Assembly: GCA_963790205.1 (NCBI GenBank)
Contig: CAWBNQ010000005.1
Span: 384,001-448,000, forward strand
Source of the DNA: Nitrospirota bacterium
Lineage (GTDB): Bacteria; Nitrospirota; UBA9217
Length of the DNA stretch: 64,000 nt
Reading direction: 5' to 3'
The first letter of the stretch is position 1. Every line of letters begins with the position of its first letter. The position numbers were made by a program, and so were the translations under genes. The notes under the pieces are model-generated. The model was given only the letters and a program-made list of their open reading frames with translations, had not been told where the DNA came from and made no database searches. This document shows positions 9,810-19,967 of the stretch, piece after piece.

Positions 9810-10882
9810 ATCTTGTTTAATAATACCGCTTCCCACTCCTCGTTCTCAACTACTTTCAACTCTATCCTGAGGGCCGCGATGCCGTCGGGTGCGAGGCTCC
9901 TGAGCCGCACAGCGTCTTTTTCCGTGGTGATAATCAGGCCGATCCTTTCATCCGCCGCACGCTGTACGATTGCGGCGAGGTCCGGCCTTGTATAGACATA
10001 ATGGTCGGGGTAGTCAAGCTCCGCCTTTACTTCCGCGCCGAGCGACCGGAGCAGCGACACGAACGATGCCGGCCGCGCGATGCCGGAAAAGGCCAGCACG
10101 GCAGCGCCCTGAAGCGCCGAGAGCGGCTTCGTTTCCCCCGTCATGATGTCGACAAGGTCAGAGGGGACCTGAAAAGAAGTAAAGATTTGCGCTTCTGTGT
10201 TCTGCCTGATCACGCTTTTAAGAGGTCCCAGGTCTTTCACGCGTTCCGTGCCGGTTATGAGGACCGCATGCGCCCGCTGAAGGGCAGAGAGCGGTTCGCG
10301 CAGGATGCCTGCGGGAAATAATTTTCCGCTCCCGAAAGGGTCGATGGCATCAAGCAGCACGATGTCGAGGTCCCGCTGTACCTGCAGATGCTGGAACCCG
10401 TCGTCCAGGATAACGGTATCACTCCCGAACTTCTGAAAAGCGAACAGGGCGGCACGGAACCGGTTGCTGTCCGCGACCACCGGCACCTCAACAAGTTTCG
10501 AGCCGATCAGGACGGGTTCATCACCGCCAGTTCTAGCGTCCACGAGAACCTGTTTCCCGTCCGATACGACAACGAGGGCGGATTCATCGCTTCGTCCGTA
10601 TCCCCTGCTTATGACAACGGGGTGTTTCCTGTTCCTGCACAGCACCCCGGCTATCTGCATGACCGTCGGGGTCTTGCCGGTGCCGCCGAGGGTTATATTT
10701 CCCACGGATATGACGCGTTGCGGCAGTTTCTTTTGCTTGAAAAAAACATGTACATACAATGCGCAACGAAGACGGACCGCCAAGCCATACAATGCCGAAA
10801 GAATGCGCAAAAAGGACCCGATCCAGAGCGAATTCCTTCTGCCATACATCAGGTCTTCAATGTAGCTTTTGTCAGTTCTCAC
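9806..10882 (-). CDS. lpxK: Tetraacyldisaccharide 4'-kinase
   Basis: SVGNITLGGTGKTP, SRGYG, GDEP, LDDGFQH, TTEKDAVR; start uncertain. Confidence 0.95.
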   Translation of the reverse strand: MRTDKSYIEDLMYGRRNSLWIGSFLRILSALYGLAVRLRCALYVHVFFKQKKLPQRVISVGNITLGGTGKTPTVMQIAGVLCRNRKHPVVISRGYGRSDESALVVVSDGKQVLVDARTGGDEPVLIGSKLVEVPVVADSNRFRAALFAFQKFGSDTVILDDGFQHLQVQRDLDIVLLDAIDPFGSGKLFPAGILREPLSALQRAHAVLITGTERVKDLGPLKSVIRQNTEAQIFTSFQVPSDLVDIMTGETKPLSALQGAAVLAFSGIARPASFVSLLRSLGAEVKAELDYPDHYVYTRPDLAAIVQRAADERIGLIITTEKDAVRLRSLAPDGIAALRIELKVVENEEWEAVLLNKI

Positions 10883-12140
10883 CGATAAGCCCGCCGACTG
10901 CGTCAATCGTCCTCTTGGCAGCGCCTGAGTTGGCCTCGATCACGGTAAATGCCCTGTTCCCGATCTGTTGTGAATAATTTTTGTCCGACAAGAGTTTGTC
11001 TGCCTGAACGTAAAGCTCTTGCTTATCTTTTACCAGGATACCTCCGCCCGCCGATATAAGGGCCTCTGATATTTCTTTAAAATTGAACATATAACGGCTG
11101 AAAATTACGGGTTTTTTCATCGCAGCCGGCTCAAGAAGGTTATGGCCTCCGACCTTGACGAGGCTGCCGCCGACAAAGGCGATGTCGCAGATGGCGTAGA
11201 AAGAGCGAAGCTCCCCGATCGTATCGAGAAGGAGAACGTCTTTGATCGCCCCCTTAAGCCGGGTCCTGCGCTGACAGTCGTAGCCTGCCGTGTTGACAAG
11301 ACCCGCGACCTCGTCGAACCGTTCGGGATGCCGGGGAGCGATGATGAGAACCAGCTCGGGGAATTTTTCCCTTAATCGTCTGAACACATCGAGCAGGGCC
11401 GCCTCCTCACCGCGATGAGTACTTCCGGCGGTAATGACTTTGCTGCCGGCGTGCAGGGAGACCGGGCTGGCTTTGAGCGGCTGGATCTTTTGGTCGAATT
11501 TAAGATTTCCCGTGACAATTACCCGGTCTGAAGGAGCGCCGATGTTTTTGACTCTTTCGCCGTCTTCCCCTGACTGCATGCAGAAGAGGCTGACCTGGCC
11601 AAAGACTTGCCTGAAGAAGCTTTTGAATTTCATGTAATTCTTATAGGAAGACCCGGATATTCGTCCGTTGATCACTGCCGAGGGTATGCCGGCACGGGTC
11701 AACTCGCGGAAGAAGTTCGGCCAGAGCTCCGTTTCAGCGACCAGAACGATCACGGGGTTTATCCTCCGGATCACCTTGCGCACGATCCAGGGATAATCAA
11801 AAGGAAAAAAGAACACCGCATCCGCCTCAGGCACGCGCTGGCGCGCCGTGTAATTACCGGTAACGGTGACCGTGGAGAGAATAAGTTTCCTGCCTGGATA
11901 CTTTTTCTTGAGCTCCCTGATGAGCGGGTGGGCGGCCATCACCTCGCCGACGGACACCGCGTGCACCCAGATGGGCCGGGTACCCTGGATCACCCGCTTG
12001 ACTTTCTTGCGCACGCGCCCCAGTTTTTGAGATATACCGCCCCGGTATTTGGGTACGGTGATAAGCTTGAAGAGAATGATAGGCGACAGGAGCACCGTCA
12101 GCAGGACCAGAATTATGTTATAGAGAATATACATGGGCAC
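10872..12140 (-). CDS. waaA: Kdo transferase
   Basis: WVHAVSVGE, ETELWPN, APRHPER, GGHNLLEPA. Confidence 0.96.
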   Translation of the reverse strand: MPMYILYNIILVLLTVLLSPIILFKLITVPKYRGGISQKLGRVRKKVKRVIQGTRPIWVHAVSVGEVMAAHPLIRELKKKYPGRKLILSTVTVTGNYTARQRVPEADAVFFFPFDYPWIVRKVIRRINPVIVLVAETELWPNFFRELTRAGIPSAVINGRISGSSYKNYMKFKSFFRQVFGQVSLFCMQSGEDGERVKNIGAPSDRVIVTGNLKFDQKIQPLKASPVSLHAGSKVITAGSTHRGEEAALLDVFRRLREKFPELVLIIAPRHPERFDEVAGLVNTAGYDCQRRTRLKGAIKDVLLLDTIGELRSFYAICDIAFVGGSLVKVGGHNLLEPAAMKKPVIFSRYMFNFKEISEALISAGGGILVKDKQELYVQADKLLSDKNYSQQIGNRAFTVIEANSGAAKRTIDAVGGLIGEN

Positions 12141-12145
12141 GTCCC

Positions 12146-12793
12146 CTAAGAATCTTTCGGAAGAAAATACTCATCAGCCTCTTTCATCACCCGGTTCAGC
12201 GCGTTCGTCAGTTCTTTGCGTTTCAACTCGAGTTCCCCTTCGCTGGTATTGTGCACAAAGATGGGCTCGCCGTAAACGATGACCCCTTTCGTAAACGGAA
12301 AAGGTATCAGATATTTGTCCCAGATCTTCTCCAGTATCCAGTAACGCCTGGCGCTCGTGATAACAGGCACGATCGGCTTGTTCAGTTTTCCCGCCAGGTA
12401 GGCCACCCCCTGCTTTACTTCAAAGACGGGGCCGCGCGGACCATCTACGGCAATGGCGATGTTGCAGCCTTTTCTCAGGCCGTCAACAAGCCCCAAAAGC
12501 GCGCGGTCGCCTTTACGCTTGCTCGATCCCCGGACGACATCAAACCCGAATCTCCTCAGGATGCCAGCCTGGATCTCTCCATCCCGGCTTTCGCTGGCGG
12601 GGATCACGACGCCTGAATTACGGTGGTTATGAAAGAGCAGGAATTGCCTGCCGTGCCAGAAGGCGTAGATAAAATTTTTTCCGTCCGCCTTTAGACGAAG
12701 GGGTATCTCTTTGTTGACAAAACACGGACGAACCGACCTGCTCCAGAGCGAAATCAACGCCCAACCGATCCATGACAACAGCCTGGCTCTCAT
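12146..12793 (-). CDS. DUF374 lysophospholipid acyltransferase family (LpxJ-like)
   Basis: AFWHGR, SRDGE, VRGSS, DGPRGP; lipid A context. Confidence 0.85.
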   Translation of the reverse strand: MRARLLSWIGWALISLWSRSVRPCFVNKEIPLRLKADGKNFIYAFWHGRQFLLFHNHRNSGVVIPASESRDGEIQAGILRRFGFDVVRGSSKRKGDRALLGLVDGLRKGCNIAIAVDGPRGPVFEVKQGVAYLAGKLNKPIVPVITSARRYWILEKIWDKYLIPFPFTKGVIVYGEPIFVHNTSEGELELKRKELTNALNRVMKEADEYFLPKDS

Positions 12794-14538
12794 CGAAGGG
12801 CAACCTTTGCCGGGGGCTCATCCCGGAACTGCTGATCATAGAGGTTCTTGTACTCGCCGCCCATGGCAAGAAGCTCCTCGTGCCTGCCCTGTTCCACGAT
12901 CCTGCCGCCCTTGAGCACAATGATCCGGTCCGCGTTCATGATCGTGGAGAGCCGGTGGGCAATGACGAAGCTCGTCCTGCCCTGCATGAGCGCTTCGAGG
13001 GCGTTCTGCACCTCTCGTTCGGACTCCGTATCGAGCGATGAGGTGGCTTCATCGAGAATAAGGATCGGCGCGTCTTTGAGGAGCGCGCGGGCAATGGCAA
13101 TCCGCTGGCGCTGCCCGCCCGAAAGCTTCACGCCGGATTCACCGATCACGGTATCGTAGCCTTTCGGGAGCGCGCGAATAAAGGCCTCGGCATGCGCGGC
13201 ACGCGCGGCGCGTACCACGTCCTCCAGGGATTTTTCGGCGTTGCCGTATGCTATATTATCCCGGATGGTATCATTAAAGAGGATCGTTTGCTGGGTGACG
13301 ATCGCCGTACAGGAACGAAGCGACTCGATCGTCGCATTTCGGATATCAAGCTCATCGATCAAGATCGCCCCTTCGCTGACATCGTAAAACCGCGGAATGA
13401 GGTTCACGAGCGTCGTCTTTCCGCCTCCGCTCTTCCCGACGATGGCGATGGTCTCGCCTGCGCTGACGGTGAGGTTGATGTTATTCAGAACGTTGTCGTC
13501 TTCGTACTTGAACGAAATGTTCCGGAAGGCAATGGTCTTGAAATTACGCGACACCCCCACGGCATTTCCATTGTCCTTGATCTCCGGCTGGGTGTCGAGG
13601 ACCTCGAAGATCCGTTTGGCCGCTGCGATCCCGTCCTGAACGACATTATTAATGCCGTTCAGGTCCTTCAGCGGGCGATAGAAAAAGACCAGCGCTCCGA
13701 GAAACGAAAAAAAGTCGCCCACGGTCATGATCTTCCAGACGATAATGGCATAGAGGGCATACCAGATGACAAAGGCGGTGCCGACCATGGAGATCATTTC
13801 CATGACCGGGTGGGAAAGCGCGCTCGTCTTGATGGAGCGCATGAGTGAGTTGAACAGGTCCCTGTTCCGGGCGGTAAATCTCCGGCTCTCGTAATCCTCC
13901 ATACTGAAGGCCTTGACGATCCTAACGCCGGAGATAGTCTCGTGCAAATGCATCGTGAGACCGCCGATCTGCTCCTGCATCTGCGTGCTCGCCTTGCGGA
14001 ACCGGCGGCTGAACCGGGAGAATGCGAAGCCGGCAAACGGCAGAACGATGACGGTAAAGAAGGCCAGCTTCCAGTTCAGATAAAAGATGTAGACCGTCAG
14101 CGTCAGCATCGTGCACACGCCCTGCACCAGCGTTGCCGGAGCCCGGGTCAGTGCCCCTTGCACGAGGTTCACATCGTTGACAATGCGGGAAATGATGACG
14201 CCGGTCGGTGTTTTCGTGAAATAGGAAAACGACAGAGAAGTGATATGGGAATAGAGGCGGTCTCGAATGTCATTAACGACCTTCTGACCCACGTACCCCA
14301 TGAAATAGTCGCGGGCGTACCAGGCTCCCCCCTTCAGGATGCTGACGATGATAAGCGCTGGCGGCAGCAGCAGGCCCAGTTTCATGTCATGGCCCATGAT
14401 GACCTTGTCCAGGATCGGTTTGATGAGATAGGTCTGCAGGGCGATCAGGCCGCTCGTGATCAGCATGAATACCGCTGCCCAGACAAGCCGCATCTTGTAC
14501 GGTTTTAGATAGATTAAGAGACGTCTATAAATTTCCAT
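12790..14538 (-). CDS. msbA: Lipid A export ABC transporter
   Basis: TMD plus NBD (GKSGGGKT, LSGGQRQR, ILDEATS), next to lpxB/waaA. Confidence 0.9.
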   Translation of the reverse strand: MEIYRRLLIYLKPYKMRLVWAAVFMLITSGLIALQTYLIKPILDKVIMGHDMKLGLLLPPALIIVSILKGGAWYARDYFMGYVGQKVVNDIRDRLYSHITSLSFSYFTKTPTGVIISRIVNDVNLVQGALTRAPATLVQGVCTMLTLTVYIFYLNWKLAFFTVIVLPFAGFAFSRFSRRFRKASTQMQEQIGGLTMHLHETISGVRIVKAFSMEDYESRRFTARNRDLFNSLMRSIKTSALSHPVMEMISMVGTAFVIWYALYAIIVWKIMTVGDFFSFLGALVFFYRPLKDLNGINNVVQDGIAAAKRIFEVLDTQPEIKDNGNAVGVSRNFKTIAFRNISFKYEDDNVLNNINLTVSAGETIAIVGKSGGGKTTLVNLIPRFYDVSEGAILIDELDIRNATIESLRSCTAIVTQQTILFNDTIRDNIAYGNAEKSLEDVVRAARAAHAEAFIRALPKGYDTVIGESGVKLSGGQRQRIAIARALLKDAPILILDEATSSLDTESEREVQNALEALMQGRTSFVIAHRLSTIMNADRIIVLKGGRIVEQGRHEELLAMGGEYKNLYDQQFRDEPPAKVALR

Positions 14539-14545
14539 GGTTTTA

Positions 14546-15688
14546 TTATGTCTCGCTCGTCAACAGTTCCATGACCACGGCAGCGGCCCGCGCCGATGCA
14601 CCGGCCTCTCCCAGTTGCGCCCGCACGCAGGCGAGACCGTCGGCCACTTCTTTATAGTAAACAGGATCGCTCAGCATCTTCGTGACAGCGTCCGCCATGT
14701 TCTCAGGCGTTGAATCATCCTGGACCAGCTCGGGAACTATCCGCTTTCCCGCAACGATGTTCACCAAGCCGACATTCTTCACGCCGCGTACGAGCTTGGT
14801 GAGAATAAAGTAATTGAGCGCCGATATGCGGTATGCGATCACCATCGGCAGGGCCATAAGCCCTGTTTCGAGCGTCGCTGTACCGGACGCGACGATGGCC
14901 GCGTCCGACGCCTTGAGGACATCGTACGTCCTTCCCTCGACCATCCGCACCGGAACACCTCCCTGTTCGACAAAGGAGCGGACAACGTCGCGGTCCACGG
15001 TCGGCGCCACGGGAAGGAGGAACTGCAGGTCCTGGAACCGGGACCGGAGGATCCTTGCCGCTTTCAGCATGTCCGGCAGAAGATGGATGATCTCCGATTT
15101 TCTGCTGCCGGGAAGCAGCGCAATGGTGCGCCGCGCGGGTTCGAGACCCAAATCCTGCCTTGCCTGCCCTGGAGTGAGGTGCGATCGAACTACATCCGTA
15201 AGCGGGTGTCCGACGAACCGGACATCAACGCCTGCTTTCTCGTACAGAGGGACCTCGAAAGGAAAAACAACGATCATGGCCTTCACCATTCCGGCAATCG
15301 TCTTGATCCTGCCTTTTCGCCACACCCATACCTGCGGGCTGATGTAATAGAGCACCGGTATGCCGAGCTTCCGGGCGGCCCTCCCCAATCTGATGTTGAA
15401 GTCCGGAAAATCGATCAGAACGAGAATGTCCGGCCGCTCGTCCTTCAGAAACCGTTTCAGTTTTGTAAAAACCCGGTAGATCGCGCCGATATGAGTCAGT
15501 ACTGCCGTGATGCCGACAACGGAGATCTCCGAAGCATCGGCCAGCATCCGGACGCCGGCCTCTCTCATCTGCTTGCTTCCGACGCCGTACAGGGCTATTG
15601 ATGGGTCCTGCTTCCGGATCTCACGCGCGAGGCTCGCGCCGTGAAGGTCGCCGGAGGCTTCGCCGGACATGATCAGGACCTTCTTCAT
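14546..15688 (-). CDS. lpxB: Lipid A disaccharide synthase
   Basis: GEASGDLHG, IDFPDFN, YYISPQVW, LLPGSRKSE, SGTATLE. Confidence 0.97.
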   Translation of the reverse strand: MKKVLIMSGEASGDLHGASLAREIRKQDPSIALYGVGSKQMREAGVRMLADASEISVVGITAVLTHIGAIYRVFTKLKRFLKDERPDILVLIDFPDFNIRLGRAARKLGIPVLYYISPQVWVWRKGRIKTIAGMVKAMIVVFPFEVPLYEKAGVDVRFVGHPLTDVVRSHLTPGQARQDLGLEPARRTIALLPGSRKSEIIHLLPDMLKAARILRSRFQDLQFLLPVAPTVDRDVVRSFVEQGGVPVRMVEGRTYDVLKASDAAIVASGTATLETGLMALPMVIAYRISALNYFILTKLVRGVKNVGLVNIVAGKRIVPELVQDDSTPENMADAVTKMLSDPVYYKEVADGLACVRAQLGEAGASARAAAVVMELLTSET

Positions 15689-15728
15689 GCTCAAATCAAC
15701 CCCGCATTGTCCATGCCGTCATATTCAT

Positions 15729-16829
15729 TTAGAGCGCCTGCTTAACAGCGTCAGCGACTTCTTGAATCTGCCCTTCCATCAGCTCGGGATACATGGGAAG
15801 CGACAGCACCTCCTGCGCGGCCTTTTCGGCTTGCGGCAGGCTCCCGGCCCTCATGGCGAGGTCTTTGTAGGCAGCCTGGAGATGTAATGGGACGGGATAA
15901 TAGATCATGGACGAGGTTGCATTGCCCGCGTCGAGCTTCTTTTTTACATTGTCCCGGTCCTTGATCCTGATCGTGTACTGGTGGAAAACATGCTTCGTAC
16001 CGTCCTGCTCGGACGGCGTTTTGATTCCGCTGTTGGCAAAATAGTTATTATACAGCAAGGCATTCTTCCCGCGTTTTGCGTTATATTCATCGATATGCCG
16101 AAGTTTGACCCGGAGGACCGCTGCCTGGATCTCGTCCAGCCTGCTGTTGAAGCCTACCTCGTCATGGTAATAACGAACATGGCTCCCGTGGTTTCTGAGG
16201 CTCCGGAGACGTTCGCTCAATTCTGCATCGTCGGTGATCACCATGCCGCCGTCGCCGTATCCCCCGAGGTTCTTGCTCGGGAAAAAACTGAAACAGCCGA
16301 GGTCCCCGAAGGCTCCGGTCTTCTTCCCGCGGAATTCCGCGCCAAAGGACTGGGCGCAATCCTCAATGACCTTGAGGCCGCGCTTGTTCGCAATATGCAT
16401 GAGCCCATCCATGTCCACGGGCTGCCCGTAAAGATGAACGGGGATGATCGCCTTCGTTCTTTTTGTGATCGCCGCTTCTATCCGCGCGATATCCATGTTG
16501 AAGGTAGCGGGATCGATATCCACAAAGACCGGAACAGCGCCGATGTAAGACGCTGCCTCAGCCGTTGCAATGAACGTAAACGGCGTAGTAATGACCTCGT
16601 CACCCCGGCTGACCCCTGCGGCAAGCAGGGCGAGGTGCAGGGCGTCGGTACCGGAAGCTACGGCCACGGCATGCTTCACGCCATGGTACGCCGCCACCTC
16701 CTGTTCGAGCGCCATGCCGTGCGGCCCAAGGATAAAGTGCGAGCTCTGAATCACCCCAAGGACGGCGCTGTTGATCTCTTCTTTGATGGCTTCATACTGA
16801 ATTTTAAGATCTACCATGGGTACCGGCAT
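15729..16829 (-). CDS. gnnB: DegT/DnrJ/EryC1/StrS PLP aminotransferase, probable GnnB
   Basis: SGTDALHLAL, EDCAQS, SFFPSKNLG; lies between lpxA/lpxI and lpxB. Confidence 0.75.
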   Translation of the reverse strand: MPVPMVDLKIQYEAIKEEINSAVLGVIQSSHFILGPHGMALEQEVAAYHGVKHAVAVASGTDALHLALLAAGVSRGDEVITTPFTFIATAEAASYIGAVPVFVDIDPATFNMDIARIEAAITKRTKAIIPVHLYGQPVDMDGLMHIANKRGLKVIEDCAQSFGAEFRGKKTGAFGDLGCFSFFPSKNLGGYGDGGMVITDDAELSERLRSLRNHGSHVRYYHDEVGFNSRLDEIQAAVLRVKLRHIDEYNAKRGKNALLYNNYFANSGIKTPSEQDGTKHVFHQYTIRIKDRDNVKKKLDAGNATSSMIYYPVPLHLQAAYKDLAMRAGSLPQAEKAAQEVLSLPMYPELMEGQIQEVADAVKQAL

Positions 16830-16902
16830 GCGTAAAAAACTCCCCTCAAATAAATCTAACTTCGAAAAATCTTAGCCAGATATAGCGATCGTCATGCGCC
16901 GT

Positions 16903-17853
16903 TTATTCAACCGCGACGAATCCCGTGACACCTTTGTGGATATTTTCGCTGATCCTTCTCGCAAGAGCCAGCGCCCTCCGCCCTTCGACACCCGAAACAA
17001 GCGGCCGGGTGCCGGTCTGAATGCTCCGCACAAAGGCCCGTATCTCTTCATGCAGGGTATCGCGCCTTTCGGTGGGGATATTGCTCGCGATCAGCTCGGG
17101 GACACCGTTGCCGCCCTTTCGCGAGACAGACGCCTTCTGCGTCTGATAATCGGACACATAAACGCTCTCCTCGTCAAACACTCGAAGCAGGCGCTTTTTT
17201 TCGTCCGATATCCTGCTGGCCGTCACATCGGCAACGCACCCGTTGTGAAAAACAATCCTCGCCGTTGCCAGGTCGATCTCCTTCGTAATGACCGAAGCCC
17301 CTGCGGCGCATACTTCTTTCAGTTCCGACCCGGCGAGATCGGAGACGATATCGAGGTCGTGGATCATCAGGTCGAGCACGACATTCACATCAGTACAGCG
17401 GACCGTAAACGGCGCTGCCCGTTCAGCCGTTATATACCGCGGGGACTTAAGCAGGGCCTTGACCGCGGTGACAGCCGGATTGAACCGCTCGATATGACCG
17501 ATCTGAAGGATCAGGCCCTTTCTGTTCGCGAGGTCGATCAACTCATCAGCCTGCTCCAGGGTAACGGTAATGGGTTTCTCCAGAAGGACGTGGACCCCGT
17601 GCTTCAAAAAACGTTTTGCCACCTGGTGATGATACGCTGTCGGGACAACGATGTTCACCGCATCGACCAGGCCGAGAAGTTGATCCGGTCCTGAGAATGC
17701 CCGCGTGTTCTGTTTCTTCGCGATCAGCGCTGCCCGGGCCGGGTCAGCATCAACAACTCCGACGAGCTCCACCTCGGGGATGCCCGCATATTTCTCGGCA
17801 TGAAATTGTCCGAGATAACCGACGCCGATGACTCCGACCCTGAGGCTCTTCAT
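16903..17853 (-). CDS. gnnA: Gfo/Idh/MocA oxidoreductase, probable GnnA
   Basis: VIGVGYLG, EKP, GHIERFNPA, DVNVVLDLMIHDLD; paired with the aminotransferase in the lpx cluster. Confidence 0.78.
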   Translation of the reverse strand: MKSLRVGVIGVGYLGQFHAEKYAGIPEVELVGVVDADPARAALIAKKQNTRAFSGPDQLLGLVDAVNIVVPTAYHHQVAKRFLKHGVHVLLEKPITVTLEQADELIDLANRKGLILQIGHIERFNPAVTAVKALLKSPRYITAERAAPFTVRCTDVNVVLDLMIHDLDIVSDLAGSELKEVCAAGASVITKEIDLATARIVFHNGCVADVTASRISDEKKRLLRVFDEESVYVSDYQTQKASVSRKGGNGVPELIASNIPTERRDTLHEEIRAFVRSIQTGTRPLVSGVEGRRALALARRISENIHKGVTGFVAVE

Positions 17854-18671
17854 TCCGTTCCTGCCCGGTCCTCGATCGCCACGATCGCAATTCCGGAATG
17901 GTCAGCAGCCGCGGTAACCGCTTCCCGGTCGAAGATAATGGTCTTTCCCGCTTCAACAGCCAGACAGGAGGCCTTCACCTCGTGCATGGTGTCCATCGTC
18001 TGCATCCCGACGGCGGGAAGATCGAAACGCAGGTCCTGGTGCGGTTTGCAAATCTTCACCACGACAGCGCCTTGACCGCACAAACGGCCGCCGCGACGTA
18101 TGGCCTCATCGGTGCCCTCGATCGCCTCCACGGCGAGCACCGCCTGGTTCTTCACCACAACGGTCTGCCCGATGTCCAGCCTGCCGATCTCCTTGGCCGT
18201 CTCCCAGCCGAATTCAATATCTTTCTTTTCGTCCTTTGACGGCTTTCTCCTGGTCAGCACGCCGGCAGGAGCCAGCAAATTGTCGAGGTAGAGCGTTGAC
18301 TCCCGGACCGTAATTCCTTCGGATTCCAGTTCAGCCGCAACGGCGCGGAGAATAGAGTCGTCTTTTTTGTAAAGCATCTTGGCAAGAAGGGCCGCCGCTC
18401 TGAGGTCCGGCATGCCCCCCTTGAACAAACGGGTCTTTTTGATACCGCCGGCCATTAAAACGTCGTGAACATCCTGTTCCTTGAAGATGGAAATGAGCTT
18501 GCCGAGTTGCCCCACCTTGATCCAGGAGATGGCGTCCACCCACTGTGAAAGCTCGGGAAGGGTTTCTCCCTCGTGGGCCACGGCGATGACCTGCAGTCCC
18601 TTCTCTTTTGCCGCTCGCGCAAATGCGACGGGGAAAGTCCCGTTGCCGGCGATCAAACCGATTTTATTCAT
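17850..18671 (-). CDS. lpxI: UDP-2,3-diacylglucosamine diphosphatase LpxI
   Basis: GLIAGNGTFP, LDIGQTVVV, AVEAIEGTD, QDLRFDLPAVG. Confidence 0.94.
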   Translation of the reverse strand: MNKIGLIAGNGTFPVAFARAAKEKGLQVIAVAHEGETLPELSQWVDAISWIKVGQLGKLISIFKEQDVHDVLMAGGIKKTRLFKGGMPDLRAAALLAKMLYKKDDSILRAVAAELESEGITVRESTLYLDNLLAPAGVLTRRKPSKDEKKDIEFGWETAKEIGRLDIGQTVVVKNQAVLAVEAIEGTDEAIRRGGRLCGQGAVVVKICKPHQDLRFDLPAVGMQTMDTMHEVKASCLAVEAGKTIIFDREAVTAAADHSGIAIVAIEDRAGTE

Positions 18672-18699
18672 AGTTCACGGTCATCCGTTTTTGGGTGCT

Positions 18700-19497
18700 C
18701 TATCTCGTGATCCCTCGCTTTGAAGTGCGAATGAAATCCACGAGTAAATGTACTTCCGATGAATCCGGGAATTCATCCAGCGCCCGACGGATCGCCTCAT
18801 CCTGCGTCAAGCCGGACCGGAATATGATTTTATAGGCCTTCTTAAGCGTTGCGATGGCGGCATCGCTGAACCCTTTTCTCTTAAGACCGACAAGGTTCAG
18901 ACCATACAGCTGGGCACGGTTGCCGGCTGCGCTGACATAGGGCGGGATGTCGAGGGATACCGCCGATTGTCCGCCGATGATGGAGTAGGGGCCGATCTTC
19001 ACAAACTGGTGCACGGCAACGATCCCTCCGAGAATGGCGTGATCGCCGACTACGATGTGTCCGCCGAGGGCGACCGAATTGGCCATAATGATGTTGTTTC
19101 CCAGTTTGCAGTCGTGGGCAACGTGGGAGTAGGCCATGAAGAAGTTCTTATCGCCGATCTCCGTTTTCCGGTCCTCTTTGGTCGTCGCCCGGTGCACGGT
19201 CGCGCATTCCCTGATGACGTTGTCATTGCCGATGACGAGGTACGTCTCTTCGCCGCGGTATCCGATGTCCTGCGGCGGCGTGCCGATGCTCGAAAAGGAA
19301 TGAATGTGGTTTCTCTCGCCGATCGTGGTCCACCCCTCGACCAATACATGGGAAGCGATCTTCGTATCTTTGCCGATCGCGGCATGTTCGCCGATGACCG
19401 AATAGGGCCCGATCTCCACCCCCTCGGCGATCCGGGCATCCGGATGCACGATAGCTGTCGGATGTATATTCACCTTGTTCTCCAGAATTTTCTGCAT
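18700..19497 (-). CDS. lpxA: Acyl-ACP--UDP-N-acetylglucosamine(3N) acyltransferase
   Basis: Hexapeptide repeats, IHPTAIV, PQD, HVAHDC, VHQF, GLNLVGLKR. Confidence 0.96.
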   Translation of the reverse strand: MQKILENKVNIHPTAIVHPDARIAEGVEIGPYSVIGEHAAIGKDTKIASHVLVEGWTTIGERNHIHSFSSIGTPPQDIGYRGEETYLVIGNDNVIRECATVHRATTKEDRKTEIGDKNFFMAYSHVAHDCKLGNNIIMANSVALGGHIVVGDHAILGGIVAVHQFVKIGPYSIIGGQSAVSLDIPPYVSAAGNRAQLYGLNLVGLKRKGFSDAAIATLKKAYKIIFRSGLTQDEAIRRALDEFPDSSEVHLLVDFIRTSKRGITR

Positions 19498-19502
19498 ACC
19501 TA

Positions 19503-19943
19503 TTAGTCTTTATCCACGATCATGGCCATCATCTCCGCCTCGGCGACGACCGCCCCGTCCACTTTCGCTTCAGCTTTAAAGCTCTTGACGTTGCCGCGGG
19601 CCCGTATCAATGTCAGTTCAAAGCGCACCTGGTCTCCCGGCAGAACGGGTTTGCGGAATTTGGCTTTATCGATGCTCATGAAATAGAGGACCTTTTTCTT
19701 GACCTCTTCCGCCGGCAAGGACATCAGCGCCATCACTCCGCCAGTCTGTGCCATGGCCTCCAGGAGCAGTACGCCCGGCATGATGGGGTGGCCGGGAAAG
19801 TGTCCTTGGAAAAAGGGCTCGTTGATCGTCACGTTCTTGAGCCCCACAACCCGTTTATCCGCCTCGAATTCGAGGATGCGATCAATCATCAGAAATGGAT
19901 AACGGTGCGGAAGAAAATCCATAACTTCATTAATGCCGAGCAT
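19503..19943 (-). CDS. fabZ: 3-hydroxyacyl-ACP dehydratase
   Basis: [29 protein letters not shown]. Confidence 0.97.
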   Translation of the reverse strand: MLGINEVMDFLPHRYPFLMIDRILEFEADKRVVGLKNVTINEPFFQGHFPGHPIMPGVLLLEAMAQTGGVMALMSLPAEEVKKKVLYFMSIDKAKFRKPVLPGDQVRFELTLIRARGNVKSFKAEAKVDGAVVAEAEMMAMIVDKD

Positions 19944-19967
19944 GGTTACTCCCCTCTCTCTTCATTA

